A DNA stretch of 64,000 nucleotides from assembly GCF_001194135.2 (NCBI RefSeq), contig NC_068995.1:27915343-27979342 (forward strand), written 5' to 3'. The notes under the pieces were generated by a model. That model saw nothing but the letters and a program-made list of their open reading frames with translations. It searched no databases and was not told the DNA's origin. This stretch comes from Octopus bimaculoides. Its lineage: Eukaryota. Each line of letters begins with the position of its first letter. Position 1 is the first letter of the stretch. Positions 11,194 through 23,494 of the stretch are shown here, in pieces. The position numbers and the translations under genes are program-made.

Positions 11194-11479
11194 ATCATCA
11201 TCATCATCATCGTTTAACGTCCGCTTTCCATGCTAGCATGGGTTGGACGATTTGACTGAGGACTGGTGCAACCGGATGGCTACACCAGGCTCCAATCTAA
11301 TTTGGCAGAGTTTCTACAGCTGGATGCCCTTCCTAACGCCAACCACTCAGAGAGTGTAGTGGGTGCTTTTACGTGTCACCCGCACGAAAACGGCCACGCT
11401 CGAAATGGTGTCTTTTATATGCCACCCGCACAAGAGCCAGTCTAGGGGCACTGGCAACGATCTCGCTCGAAAACCCTAC
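11194..11479 (-). mobile_element. RTE 3' tail, young copy, runs into gap
   Basis: Same tail as 10078-10245 plus upstream ggcacgtaaaagcaccc-type repeats. Confidence 0.85.
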
Positions 11480-11993
11480 NNNNNNNNNNNNNNNNNNNNN
11501 NNNNNNNNNNNNNNNNNNNNNNNNNNNNNNNNNNNNNNNNNNNNNNNNNNNNNNNNNNNNNNNNNNNNNNNNNNNNNNNNNNNNNNNNNNNNNNNNNNNN
11601 NNNNNNNNNNNNNNNNNNNNNNNNNNNNNNNNNNNNNNNNNNNNNNNNNNNNNNNNNNNNNNNNNNNNNNNNNNNNNNNNNNNNNNNNNNNNNNNNNNNN
11701 NNNNNNNNNNNNNNNNNNNNNNNNNNNNNNNNNNNNNNNNNNNNNNNNNNNNNNNNNNNNNNNNNNNNNNNNNNNNNNNNNNNNNNNNNNNNNNNNNNNN
11801 NNNNNNNNNNNNNNNNNNNNNNNNNNNNNNNNNNNNNNNNNNNNNNNNNNNNNNNNNNNNNNNNNNNNNNNNNNNNNNNNNNNNNNNNNNNNNNNNNNNN
11901 NNNNNNNNNNNNNNNNNNNNNNNNNNNNNNNNNNNNNNNNNNNNNNNNNNNNNNNNNNNNNNNNNNNNNNNNNNNNNNNNNNNNNNNNNNNNN

Positions 11994-12290
11994 ATACAGT
12001 CTGCCTTTTACTCTGAGTGAGAGTCCCTTTGTCGCCAGCAGAGGTAAGAGCTCTCTAAACTTGGCCCAGGCTATTCTTATTCTAGCAGTTACACTTTCAG
12101 CGCACCCAACCCCACTACTAACTTGGTCACCCAGATAGCGGAAGCTATCAACTACCTCTAGTTTTTCTCCCTGGAATGAGATAGAAGTTGTTTCCTGTTT
12201 GTTTGCAGTGTTTATTGCACCTGAACATCTGCCACATACAAAAACTAACTTTGTAGTTAATCTGCCTTTGATATTCATGATAATCATTTC
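11994..12290 (-). mobile_element. RTE RT fragment, probably the same copy as 11194-11479 across the gap
   Basis: FVCGRCSGAIN...LEVVDSFRYLGDQVSSGVGCAESVTARIRIAWAKFRELLPLLATKGLSLRVKGRLY. Confidence 0.9.
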
Positions 12291-12629
12291 CATTCAAAAT
12301 ATTATGAGTCTGTACTTTTTCTCACAGTACAACAAAATATACTTATTCAGCTTTTTTTTTAATTTTTTTTATTCAAACTAACGTATTATTTACCAGCTTA
12401 CACCTTCCAATGTCGTTCTTCATTTACACCTTTTTGTTACCCATTGAGTGCAACTGCCAGTTAAACAACAGAGATATTTTCAAGAGAACTTAATGTTTAT
12501 AGATAATCTTTAAAAGTCTTTAAGCTTCTTAAGTTCTTTAAAAGTCCTTTAAGTTTATTAAGACTGTTCTGCTACATTGTGTGTGAGATTTATATTAATA
12601 TTTATGCATACTCTTTCTATGTTTTACAG

Positions 12630-12821
12630 TTACTAGCTCTTTCACTTCTGGATTGTATACTTTCTCTGGACAAGAGCAATCAGTGCTTGAACTTCATGAT
12701 ATCCAAAGGTTATCTGCAGCATCTTATTGATGGCATTCTTACCGATGATACTCACTTGCAAAATCTGTTAAACTCATCAGTGGAATCTTTAAAGCATCTT
12801 TACAGTTTTGAAGGACGTATG
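12630..12821 (+). CDS. NUP205: NUP205 exon, phase 0 to 0
   Basis: ttttacag|TTA...ATG|gtaagt. Encodes LLALSLLDCILSLDKSNQCLNFMISKGYLQHLIDGILTDDTHLQNLL...LKHLYSFEGRM (cf. MLALALLDRIVSVDK...SGYLKVLVDSLVEDD...LKALYTYESKM). Confidence 0.95.
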
Positions 12822-13080
12822 GTAAGTTGTTATTGTTGGGTAAAGCCATTTTGATAATGAGCATCCACTTCACACTTGTTTATTGCACACACATTTCTGA
12901 AATAGGTTAAAGAAAATTGAATCAAGGATTTATTTAGTCTCTGTAGTAAATAGGATTTAATTATTTAATTTATTTGATTAGTTTCTGTAGTAAATATACA
13001 ACTGTCATGGGGCTCTTTTTACAGGGGCTCTTCATTTCATTTGTTAAAATTTTGAAATTTATGCTTTATATTTATTTTAG

Positions 13081-13196
13081 ACATTTTGCAGTCGAGTGGC
13101 ATCATCCCCTGCTGGAGCGTATTCATTACTGCGCCATGGTTTCATGCAACGGTTAGCTGAATGTGAAGTGTTCTCTATGCGTCCAGAGCATGAAAG
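13081..13196 (+). CDS. NUP205: NUP205 exon, phase 0 to 2
   Basis: ttattttag|ACA...GAAAG|gtagtg. Encodes TFCSRVASSPAGAYSLLRHGFMQRLAECEVFSMRPEHE (cf. AFLTRVAKIQQGALELLRSGVIVRLAQCQVYDMRPE). Confidence 0.93.
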
Positions 13197-14278
13197 GTAG
13201 TGCACACGTCTTTCTGCAAGGCATCTGCAGTTACATATATATATATATATAATTTCATTGTTAATATCTATGAATTTGTGTGTACAATTGAAAAAATTCT
13301 CTTTACATTTCCATCTAGAATTCATGGTTTGAGAGTAAACTTTATTTTTAAGATACTGTTATGCAATCAAAAATCTTTTTGAGTGACAAAAGAGAACCTC
13401 AGAAGATATTAAAAATTATTTTCCTTGTTCAAGATATCTACTGATTTACTATGCTCACATAATTGTATAATATTCTGTTAATGTGCTATCATGTATTTCT
13501 GATAATAGTTGCTTCATTATATTTTTACTATACTATGGAAATTTTCTGTTGATAATGCTATTGAAATTATTTAGTTGTAATAATAAACAACATACTGATT
13601 CTTAATACCCTGGCATCTATGAATCTTTACTGGTTGTGTAAACTAGTTGTGAAGATTCAACTTATGTCATTGTGCAACTAAATGCCTGATTTCTACTACT
13701 TTTTCTGGGGTACTGCTCACAAAATTATTTTTGTTGATCTAGGATTATTTTAAACAGTTTGCAGGATTATTATATCTGAAAAAAAATTTTAATATTTAAG
13801 ACTGACAGTTTCTAAATATTGTGTCTATAGATTAGAAGTTACTAATTTCATAAGATGTGCATGCATAATTTCAAGCATTCTATATATGCATTTATGAGTA
13901 TGTTTATGAAAGTATACATGGAAGTCACTGATGACTCAGTTGCTAAGGTAAGAAACAACCAGCTGAAGAATAATTTGATAATTTCTTGACAGTGTTGTGT
14001 TCCCTTAATAGTCTAATCTATCTTATAAAATATATGCACCACAGAGTAGTATAGTTTACTGTTAACAACTGTTTTGCTTGCTTAAAGTGTTGAGATTATC
14101 CCACCCCACCCCTACAGCTCTTGTTAGAGGAGGTGATGGACTGCACTATCTTCATCAGTACACCTTTTAGCACTTGTGTAGATATGCATATGTGTGTATC
14201 TTTGCATACATGTACATATGAGTATATGAATATATGCGACACTTGCTCTGGAGATTATCCCAACTTATTGGGAATATA

Positions 14279-15518
14279 GGAGGTGGTATCAAAAAGTTCC
14301 TGGACTAGTTATGTTTAATAAAAAATAACTTATTTACCTAAGTTTTAATATGATCTCCTTCGAAATAGTCACCTCACACAGCAATACACCAGTATTCCTG
14401 CCACTTTTGGAATCCAGCCGGGAAGTTGTTTTCTGTAAGCAAATTGAGGACCTTCTGCGATTTGCTCTTGATCTCAACAGTGGTATTAAAACGGTGGTCT
14501 TTGAGCTGCATTTTCATCTTGGGGAAGAGATGGAAGTTCACAGGTGCTAAATCTGGTGAATAGGATGGGTACAGAAGTGATGCTATGTTGTTTTTGGTAA
14601 GAAACTCATGAGTGAGGAGAGGTTGGTGACAGGATGCATTGTCACTGTGAAGAATCTGGTTCCTCTTGTTCCACAGATCTGGTTCCGTTCACCAAATGTC
14701 CTCCCTCAAACATTTCAAAACATCGCTGTAGAACTCTTGGTTGACAGTCTAGCCCTGGGGGATGAATTTTCGATGCACAATACCACTGATGTCATCAAAA
14801 ATGATGTGCATGCTCTTGATTGAGCTGCAACTCTATCATGCTTTTTTGATCATGGAGAAGAGCTCTTCCATTGCGGCTTTGTCTCAGGGTCATACCCTTA
14901 GACCCAGCTCTCATCACCGATGATGATTCTCAACATGAAGGATGGGTCATCAGTGGTATGCTGATGGAGATCTTGACAGATTTCAACACACCACATGTTC
15001 AATTCAGACTTTAGTATTGCCTGCACAGGCTCATACGACAGACCAACAACATCAGCACTGTCACTGATTGTCCCGCAACAATCCTCATGCACAAGCTGAT
15101 GAATTTTCACCACATTTGCAGGGGTGATGATTATGGCAGGTCTTCCAGATTGCTCATCATCTTCCAAAGACATTCTTCTGCTTTTGAACTGCCCATGCCA
15201 CTCAAAACATTGCATACCACCCATTGCCTCACCACTAAGCTTTCTGAAGCTCAATGTCTCTGTAGCCGACTTCACAAGTTTAATGCAAAATTTCATGTTG
15301 GCTCTTTGTTCCAACTTCCTGTCCATGACAAAATCGCAGAGTACGGCATACATGTGATTACAAAAACACAAATTTCACAACTTGCAAAGTAAATAGTGAT
15401 GTCACTTGACACACCGTCTCATGAAGGTCACTGCTAGCTCTCATTGCACATGCAACTGTGAGCTGCCATCTGTTGGCATGCTACAGTACTAATCTGGGAA
15501 CTTTTTGATACCACCTCA
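14279..15518 (-). mobile_element. Near full-length mariner (irritans-like), pseudogenised
   Basis: TIRs gaggtggtatcaaaaagttcc at both ends with TA flanks (14277-78, 15519-20). MDRKLEQRANMKFCIKLVKSATETL...SLEDDEQSGRP...IIIGDESWV. Confidence 0.92.
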
Positions 15519-15706
15519 TATGATAATGAACTAGACTCTCAAGGTTTTATGTTACTTTGGATATACAAGTCACTTGCTCTCTGAATTGGATACATTTTAT
15601 GAGCATTATATGCACAATTGGTGATTATTGTTAAATGCTAAAAATTTCTCAACAAGATTTTTGTCATTATTTGGTATCAGTTGTAACTCATGTAATATAA
15701 TTGCAG

Positions 15707-15854
15707 GGGACACACTGAAGGCAATACACTTATGGATGAAGAAATGGGTTTATCACCTTTGGCCCGCTATCGCCGACTTCTTTTCCCTGTCCTCAAAGTT
15801 TGTTTGGCTATCATTTCTTCAGTTGGAGTAGAAAACAGCAATGCAGCCAAAGAG
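15707..15854 (+). CDS. NUP205: NUP205 exon, phase 2 to 0
   Basis: aattgcag|G GGA...GAG|gtagtg. Encodes ...LSPLARYRRLLFPVLKVCLAIISSVGVENSNAAKE (cf. PTPVDRYRQILLPALQLCQVILTS). Phase is compatible with the previous exon. Confidence 0.92.
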
Positions 15855-16146
15855 GTAGTGTATTCCAACTTCCATTAACTTTCTGTATTTCTTTTGTAGA
15901 TGAACTTGTGATGGTTATTGCATGCATATTTTTGTATGTGTAATTTGGTCTGTCAGTTCCTCAACTCTGTTTTTTTTTTTGCAACTTTATTGAAAATGAA
16001 AATAATTTTTTTCTTTAATAAATAACATCCTTTATTAGTTCACCAAAAACATTATGAATGACAATGAAGACAATTGTATTATTCATAAAGACCATCAAAT
16101 CAAAGCTATAAATTGAATAAATGTTAGTAATGGCAATAATATTCCA

Positions 16147-16700
16147 AATCATCATCATCATCATTTAATGATCATGTTCCATGTTGGTTTGGTTTGGACA
16201 TTTTAACAGGATCCAACTAACATGAGGGCTGTCTTGGTCTCCAGTGTTTGCTTTGGCAGCTGAATACTCTTCTTAATGCCATTCATTTTACAAAGTGTAC
16301 TTTTCTTAGTACCTGTACTAGTGGGCTCATCAGATAACTTGTATGACCTCTTGACAGAGTAAAATTGCAGTATTGAAGGAGATGACTTTGTGCCAAGTAT
16401 AAAGAGACTAAGGTAGGAAAGATGGACAGGAACAAGTGTCTTGCTGTGAAAGAGATACAGTTACTGCTCCCTCCCCACAAGAGAGGGGGAAAGGATTAGT
16501 GAAGGATGGATAGAGAAGGAATAAGGGAGTGAATTGGGGATGGCTGAGGTGGTAGGTAATGGAAATGAAATGAAGCATGGAGGAAACAGAAGATGGCCAG
16601 TGACAAAGACAGGCCAGGTGTGCATAGGGGGTAGATATAAGTTAAAAAAAAGGAACAGTGATGGCAGAGATGAGAGGGTGTTCAGAGAAAATGCAAGTTT
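16147..16700 (-). mobile_element. Diverged RTE 3' UTR/tail
   Basis: (cat)n start, tail motif, and a purine-rich region complementary to the 1-250 type sequence. Confidence 0.6.
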
Positions 16701-16764
16701 AATGGATAATATAGTGGTAAGGGATGATGTTGGAAGTGTGGAATGTGTATATATATAGGAACTT

Positions 16765-16885
16765 TCATAGTGAGTATATATATATATTCATGTACAATTA
16801 TATGTATACATGTATATGTGTTGAATACTGAGCATCTCTTTACACACACAGTGTGTACAGAATTAATAAATAGATAATATAAAAT
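16765..16885 (+). repeat. ~120-bp dispersed repeat; second copy at 22055-22165
   Basis: ttcatgtacaattatatgta...aatactgagcatct...cacacacagtgtgtacagaat is shared by both loci. Confidence 0.75.
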
Positions 16886-17133
16886 TATGTTTGAGAAAAT
16901 GAAGCAATAAAACAGTGGGGAAACAATATATGAGTTTACAAATATACACTCAAAACATAGGTCAGCTGCCAGATATATTAACATTAATATAAATTAGAGC
17001 TCATGCAAAGATACATAAACAGACATACATCCACTCACACATGTACACACACATGAAGAAACACAGATACACAAAGGGTAGTATTTGAAAAAAATCATAA
17101 TTACAGGAGTGAGTAGGTGAAAGGATGGATATC

Positions 17134-17290
17134 GGTGCAAGCGTGGCAATACAGTACAAGGTTTGTTTCCCAACCACATGGTTTAGTTTTCAATCCCACT
17201 GTGTGGCACCTTGGGCAAGTGTCTTCTACTATAATGACAAAGCCTTGTGAGTGGATTTGGTAGGGGGAAACTGAAAGAAGCCCATTATAT
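17134..17290 (+). mobile_element. tRNA-type SINE
   Basis: Homologous to 7205-7377. Confidence 0.8.
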
Positions 17291-17325
17291 ATATATATAT
17301 ATGTATATAAAATGGTCTTCATCAT

Positions 17326-17725
17326 TATCATTTAACGTCTGTTATCCACACTGGCATGGGCTGGATGGTTCGATCAGGGCTGGCATGTTGAGGGGCTGTA
17401 CAGACTCCTGTCTGATTTGGCATGGTTTTTTAACACCAACCACTCCGAGAGTGTTAAGGATGCTTTTGCATGACACGAGTATCTGCCATGGCTATGATTT
17501 CACTTGGCTTGATGGGTTTCTTATTCAAGCACACCATATTATTGAAGTTCTTGGTTATTTGTCATTTATTCTGTAAGGCTCAATACTCAAAAGGTGCTAG
17601 TACATGACACTGGCATCAGCCACATTGCATCTGTGAGGCCCTACACTTGAAAGGTGCTAGTTACATGACACCAGCATTAGCCACATTGCCTCCATGAGGC
17701 TCGCCACTCGAAAAGTATTAGTTAC
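17326..17725 (-). mobile_element. RTE-derived tail element with ~61-bp tandem sub-repeats
   Basis: Same family as 4116-4545. Unit aggc...aaggtgctagt(t)acatgacac...gccacattgc occurs ~2.5 times at 17575-17725. Confidence 0.7.
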
Positions 17726-20232
17726 ATGATTAGATTAGTGCGTTATCATGGGTTAGTAACCATTATCTCTGCCTATACCCCTCAGCCGGGGCTACCTGAT
17801 CAACAGAAAGGCCGATTTTATGACACCCTCTTGCAGACTACCTCATTGACGAATGACAGGGACCTTCTCTTTGTGGCTGGTGACTTCAATGGACATGTTG
17901 GACAACATACAGGGGGCTTCCATGGCGGCTACGGTTTTGGTTCCCGCACTGAGGAGGGAACCAGACTGCTGGAGTTCTGCGATGCAAATGATCTTATGGC
18001 TTGCAATACTAACTTCAGGAAATCTGGCAGTCACCTAGTCACCTACTGTTCTGGCAGAGACACTAGCCAAATTGACTACATCCTCGCCAGAAAACGGGAA
18101 AAATGGCTGCTTATAAATGCCAAAATCTTCCCAGGCGAAGAATGTACCCCACAACATAGACTAGTAGTTAGCGACTTCAGGATCAGGGCTAAATGGATGC
18201 CCAGAAGATGACCAGCATGGAGGAGAAGGGTCTGGAAGCTTAAAGATCTTGTGAATGGACAGAGATTTAGAGACATATTACTTGAAGCCTTTGACGAAAT
18301 AGAAGGGGATATAGCTTCACACGATGTGGAAGACAACTGGAGGTTTCTACGGGACAACCTGCTGAGGGCCACTGACCAGATCTGTGGATGGTGCAAAGTC
18401 CCCTCTCGAACCAAGATAATGTGGTGGTGGAACAATGTTGTTGGCAGGGCTATTAGAGAAAAGAAACAGGCGTGGTAGCAGAAGGGAAGCTAGGCGACAG
18501 GTTTATTTAACCAGAGGGGAAGCAGATAAGTGAAAAAATTTGCCAATGTTCTGCGCCATGAAGACCAAAGACTTGAGGTATTTCGTGTTGCAAGACAGTG
18601 TGTGAGAGAGAATCATGATGTCGTAGGAGAGAGATGTGTCCGCATGGATGATAGTTCACTTGCACTAAACGAGGCTGCAAAGAGAGAGGTTTGGAGATGC
18701 CACAATGAAAGGTTGCTCAATAAAGAGAAAGCCTTTGACAGGGTCCCCCGATCCCTTATCTGGTGGTCAATGAAGAAACTAGGGATAGATGAATGGCTAG
18801 TGAGAGCTGTGCAAGCCATGTACAGGAATGCTGTCAGTAAGGTGAGGGTTGGCAACGAGTAAAGTGAAGAATTCCGGGTAGAGGTAGGGGTCCACCAAGG
18901 TTCAGTCCTCAGCCCTCTCCTATTTATCATAGTCCTCCAGGCAATAACACAGGAATTCAAGACAGGATGCCCCTGGGAGCTCCTCTATGCTGATGACCTT
19001 GCTATAATTGCTGAGTCACTATCAGAACTAGAAGAGAAGTTTCAGGTGTGGAAGCAAAGATTAGAATCGAAGGGCCTTAGAGTCAACCTAGCTAAAACCA
19101 AAGACCTAATAAGTAGGAAGGCAGACAAACCATAGATCCCTTCAGGTAGATGGCCCTGCTCGATCTGTAGTTCAGAGATCTCCTACCTCTGCTGGTGACA
19201 AAGGGCCTCTCGCTCAGAGTAAAAGGTAGACTGTATGATGCATGTGTACGAACGGCCATGCTACATGGCAGTGAAACATGGGCCGTGACTGCTGAGACAT
19301 GCGTAAGCTTGCAAGGAATGAAGCCAGTATGCTCCGCTGGGTGTGTAATGTCAGTGTGCATACTCGACAGAGTGTAAGTACCTTTAGAGAAAAGTTGGAC
19401 CTAAGAAGCATCAGATGGGGTGTGCAAGAGAGATGACTGCGCCAATATGGTCATGTGGTGAGAACGGAAGAGGATAGCTGTGAGAAAAGGTGCCACACTG
19501 TAGCAGTTGAGGGTACCTGTGGAAGAGGAAGACCTGGGATGAGGTGGTGAAGCATGACCTTCAAACATTAGGCCTCACCAAGGCAATGACTAGTGACCGA
19601 GACCTATGGAAATATGCTGTGCTTGAGAACACCTGGCAAGCCAAATGAGACCATAACCCATGGCCTATGCCAGGGGTGTAACCAGCCTACTTACGCTTAC
19701 CTTTCCTTCATGGGACACTAAACTCTGCTTGTGAAGGCCTGTTGAGGCAAGTGAAATAGAAATCAAATTCAATGACAGCACCACATGACTGGCATTCGTG
19801 CTAGTGGAGCACTAAGAGCACCATCTGCGCATGATCGCTGCCAGGGCAGTCGACTGGATCCTGTGCCAGTGGCATGTAAAAAGCACCATTCGAGTGTGAT
19901 TGTTACCAGTGTCACCTTACTGGCACGTGAAAAAAAAAAAATTCAAGCAAGATCATTGCCAGTGCTGCTGGACTAACTCCTGTGCAGGTGGCATGTAAAA
20001 GAAAAAACACCATTTGAGCGTAGCTGTTTCCAGTACCACCTCACTGGCCCTTGTGCCAGTAGCACGTAAAAGCACCCACTACACTCTCAGAGTGGTTGGC
20101 ATTAGGATGAGCATCCAGCTGTAGAAACTCTGCTAGATCAGATTGGAGCCTGGTGCAGCGATCTGGCTCGCTAGTCCTCAGTCAAATCGTCTAACCCATG
20201 CCAGCATGAAAAGCGGACATTAAATGATGATG
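17726..20232 (+). mobile_element. RTE LINE, 5'-truncated, two internal deletions, with full 3' tail
   Basis: APE motifs ISAYTPQ, VAGDFNGHVG, SQIDYIL, QHRLVVSDF. RT motifs KAFDRVP, GVHQGSVLSPLLF, LYADDL. Tail ends in gatgatg. Confidence 0.95.
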
Positions 20233-20254
20233 TATATATGCATGTGTGTGTATA

Positions 20255-21545
20255 TCTAATATATAAATAGCAGTTTTTGTCTGTCAGTTATCATCTTAGT
20301 GCCTAAACCAGCAAACCAATATTCACGAAACTTTGCATTCATGTTACTCTAACACCCAGTTCAGTAATAGGCTAATTGGATTATAGGATAAAATGAGAAG
20401 GTTGCATAAAGTATTAGTCAGAAAGAAAGGTAGTACAGAATGAAGATGACTTATATCAGTGAAAGCGAGAACAACAGTAGCAATGGGATGTTAACATTAA
20501 TACAGCTGTCATATACACACGAGCTGCATACATACTTTCATAAATACATAGATACAACACACACACATGCACAGAAAGGTGGGTGTGAGGAATATGTAGC
20601 TTCAAAGCGTAGGTGACTTTTCTGCTGTCCGTCACAAAGAAACATTAACACACACACACATACATAGATGTATATACATACATATGTCTCCTATACACCA
20701 TTTTAAACTCATGATTACTTGTGTGTATGCTTGTAAATTTGTGTTGTGTGTGATGTCCTATAACTGTTTGTCTTTCTACCGTTGTAGGGTCTTCCCTGTT
20801 GTTGTCACATGTGAGATTTTAAAATTTTGTCAAAATTTTCAAATTTGGTATATTGAAATAATTTTCCCTGTTAAATCTGATTTTGTTATTTATTTGTTCC
20901 TAACATCCAGTTGAAGTAAAGGCGAATTGGATTTCAATAAAAATCTATAATGGGCCCTCTAGGGAGGGGGGCTGTAGCACATGTTTACAAATCAGCTACA
21001 ATAAGCTACGACATGCAACAATGCGTGGATTATTTGTCAATGTATTTGTAAATCTATCTATTTATCTAATTTCTTTTATTCAGATGCATATTTGTTTGTT
21101 AAAATAATATAGGAATATTCCTTATTCACCCACTAATCGAATTAATAGTTAGCAATAAACTATTGCCATAAATGACAGGTTGGGCATAAAGACAGGGGCT
21201 GTAAAGGATAGGACATGGAACAGTGTAATGGTAAATTGGAACTGGGGACAACCCCTGCTTTTCGGGTATTACTGGTCAACTCATTTATTTTACTTAGATG
21301 CATATTTGTTTGTTAAAATAATATAGAGACATTGCTTATTCACCCACTATTTATTGGCTTAATTACACCTAACTGCTTCTAAAATTTGTATATTGACATA
21401 GGATTAGGGATAGGAATGGGAACAGAACTAAAACAGGAAGTAAACAGGGAATGGGATAGGACATGAAACAGTGTAATGTGAATGAGAACGTGAGATAACC
21501 TCTGATTTTCTGGGTATTACTGGGTATTACTAGGTAATTCAGCTA

Positions 21546-21546
<1 letters not shown>
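20255..21546 (+). mobile_element. Non-autonomous Helitron-like element
   Basis: A|TC taatatataaatagcag start, ccaatattcacgaaactttg motif, end gggtattactaggtaattcagCTAG|T. Internal ~215-bp tandem duplication at about 21075-21540. Confidence 0.65.
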
Positions 21547-21594
<48 letters not shown>

Positions 21595-22199
21595 NNNNNN
21601 NNNNNNNNNNNNNNNNNNNNNNNNNNNNNNNNNNNNNNNNNNNNNNNNNNNNNNNNNNNNNNNNNNNNNNNNNNNNNNNNNNNNNNNNNNNNNNNNNNNN
21701 NNNNNNNNNNNNNNNNNNNNNNNNNNNNNNNNNNNNNNNNNNNNNNNNNNNNNNNNNNNNNNNNNNNNNNNNNNNNNNNNNNNNNNNNNNNNNNNNNNNN
21801 NNNNNNNNNNNNNNNNNNNNNNNNNNNNNNNNNNNNNNNNNNNNNNNNNNNNNNNNNNNNNNNNNNNNNNNNNNNNNNNNNNNNNNNNNNNNNNNNNNNN
21901 NNNNNNNNNNNNNNNNNNNNNNNNNNNNNNNNNNNNNNNNNNNNNNNNNNNNNNNNNNNNNNNNNNNNNNNNNNNNNNNNNNNNNNNNNNNNNNNNNNNN
22001 NNNNNNNNNNNNNNNNNNNNNNNNNNNNNNNNNNNNNNNNNNNNNNNNNNNNNNAGTGAATATAGTGATATATCTTCATGTACAATTATATGTACACATA
22101 TGTGTTAAATACTGAGCATCTGTTCACACACAGTGTGTACAGAATAAATAAATAAATAGATAATTAGAAATTGATGATCATTTCTGCGAATAATCAGAG

Positions 22200-23490
22200 G
22201 TGATAAAATCATAAGTCAGTTTTTCTTTTGTTGTGAATTGAAGGAAAGAACGACAGGAGAAGATGTCTTTAACCTGGTAAACCAAAATGTCATATTGAGA
22301 GGGATGCAGTGGCAAACTTGTATTAGTGTTTGCACTGATGGCACTCCATCAAAAAAAAAAAAAGAAAGGCTTTGTGGCTCATGTATTACAAAAAAATTCA
22401 CAAGTTAAAATTGTACATTCACTGTGAAGTTTTGGTGTCAAAATCTCTACCTGATGGTCTCCTAAAGATGATGGACAATGTTGTTAAGGTGGTGAATTAC
22501 ATAAAATCGAATTCCCTATGATGCAGACTTTTTGCATCACTGTGGGAAACTATGGATTCTGATTTTAAGTGTTTACTGCTTCATACAGAAGTGCAATGGA
22601 AAGGTGCTCTCTCGATTTATCTCTTTGTGAACTGAAATGTTTCTTCAATGCTGAAAATTCTGGATTTGAATTTCTTAACGATGATAATTGGTGGCTGGAA
22701 GTAGCATTTTTCAGTGATCTTTTTGAGAAGATGAACGTTTTAAATTGAGTCTGCACAGAGCGGACAAAAATATTATTACAATTACAGGCAAATTGAAATT
22801 TTTCACCAAGTTAGAACTGTAGATAAGGAAATCACAGTTTGATTGCTTCCCAGACAAATTTTGTCTGAAGTGCAGAAGACAATAGAAAATCTGTATGTAT
22901 CATTTTCTAAGTATTTTCCATCACATGAGTGGGTCATCAATCCTTTCACAAGATATGACCGTACACACCTGCCATTAACAGAAGAAGAAAATTTAATAGA
23001 CTTGAAAAACGATCCTGTGCAAAAACCTCATTTTCTGTGCTAGAATTGTCAGAATTTTGGATTTTGCTTTCGAGCCAGTATCCTCGATTAGCTACTACAG
23101 CTGTTAAATTTCTGTTGCCTTTTGGATTATCATACCTTTGCAAATTAGGTATCTCTGTGCTTATGGAAATGAAGTCAAAAAAATGAGAACAATTACAGAT
23201 GGTAGATGAGGAGCTACATATTGGTTTATCTAATTTAGAACCGCATCTTGACAAAATTCTTTCTCAAAATCAATTGCATCCTTCTCACTAAAAGCATTAT
23301 TATTGCATTATATTGCCTATATATATATGTTCATAAAACAATGTTATTTTATTGTTACTATAATAAGAATTTATTTTTATTCATACTAATAAAGCATATT
23401 CAGTTTTGTTGGGATTTTTATTTGGTGTGCCAGAAAATAAATCCTTCTCACCCAGTGTGTTGTAAGGTAAAAAAAGTTTGGCATACACTG
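22200..23490 (+). mobile_element. hAT (Buster/Charlie-like) transposase 3' remnant
   Basis: CISVCTDGTPS, LLHTEVQW, YPRLATTAVKFLLPFGLSYLCKLGIS...LSNLEPHLDKILSQNQLHPSH*. Ends aaagtttggcatacactg. Confidence 0.88.
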
Positions 23491-23494
23491 ACTT

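Noticed and set aside
17575-17725. Regularly spaced repeats here, at 19780-20080 and at 57190-57600, as a CRISPR-like array
   Set aside because: They are degenerate tandem units within RTE tails, with no unique spacers or cas genes, in a eukaryotic context.
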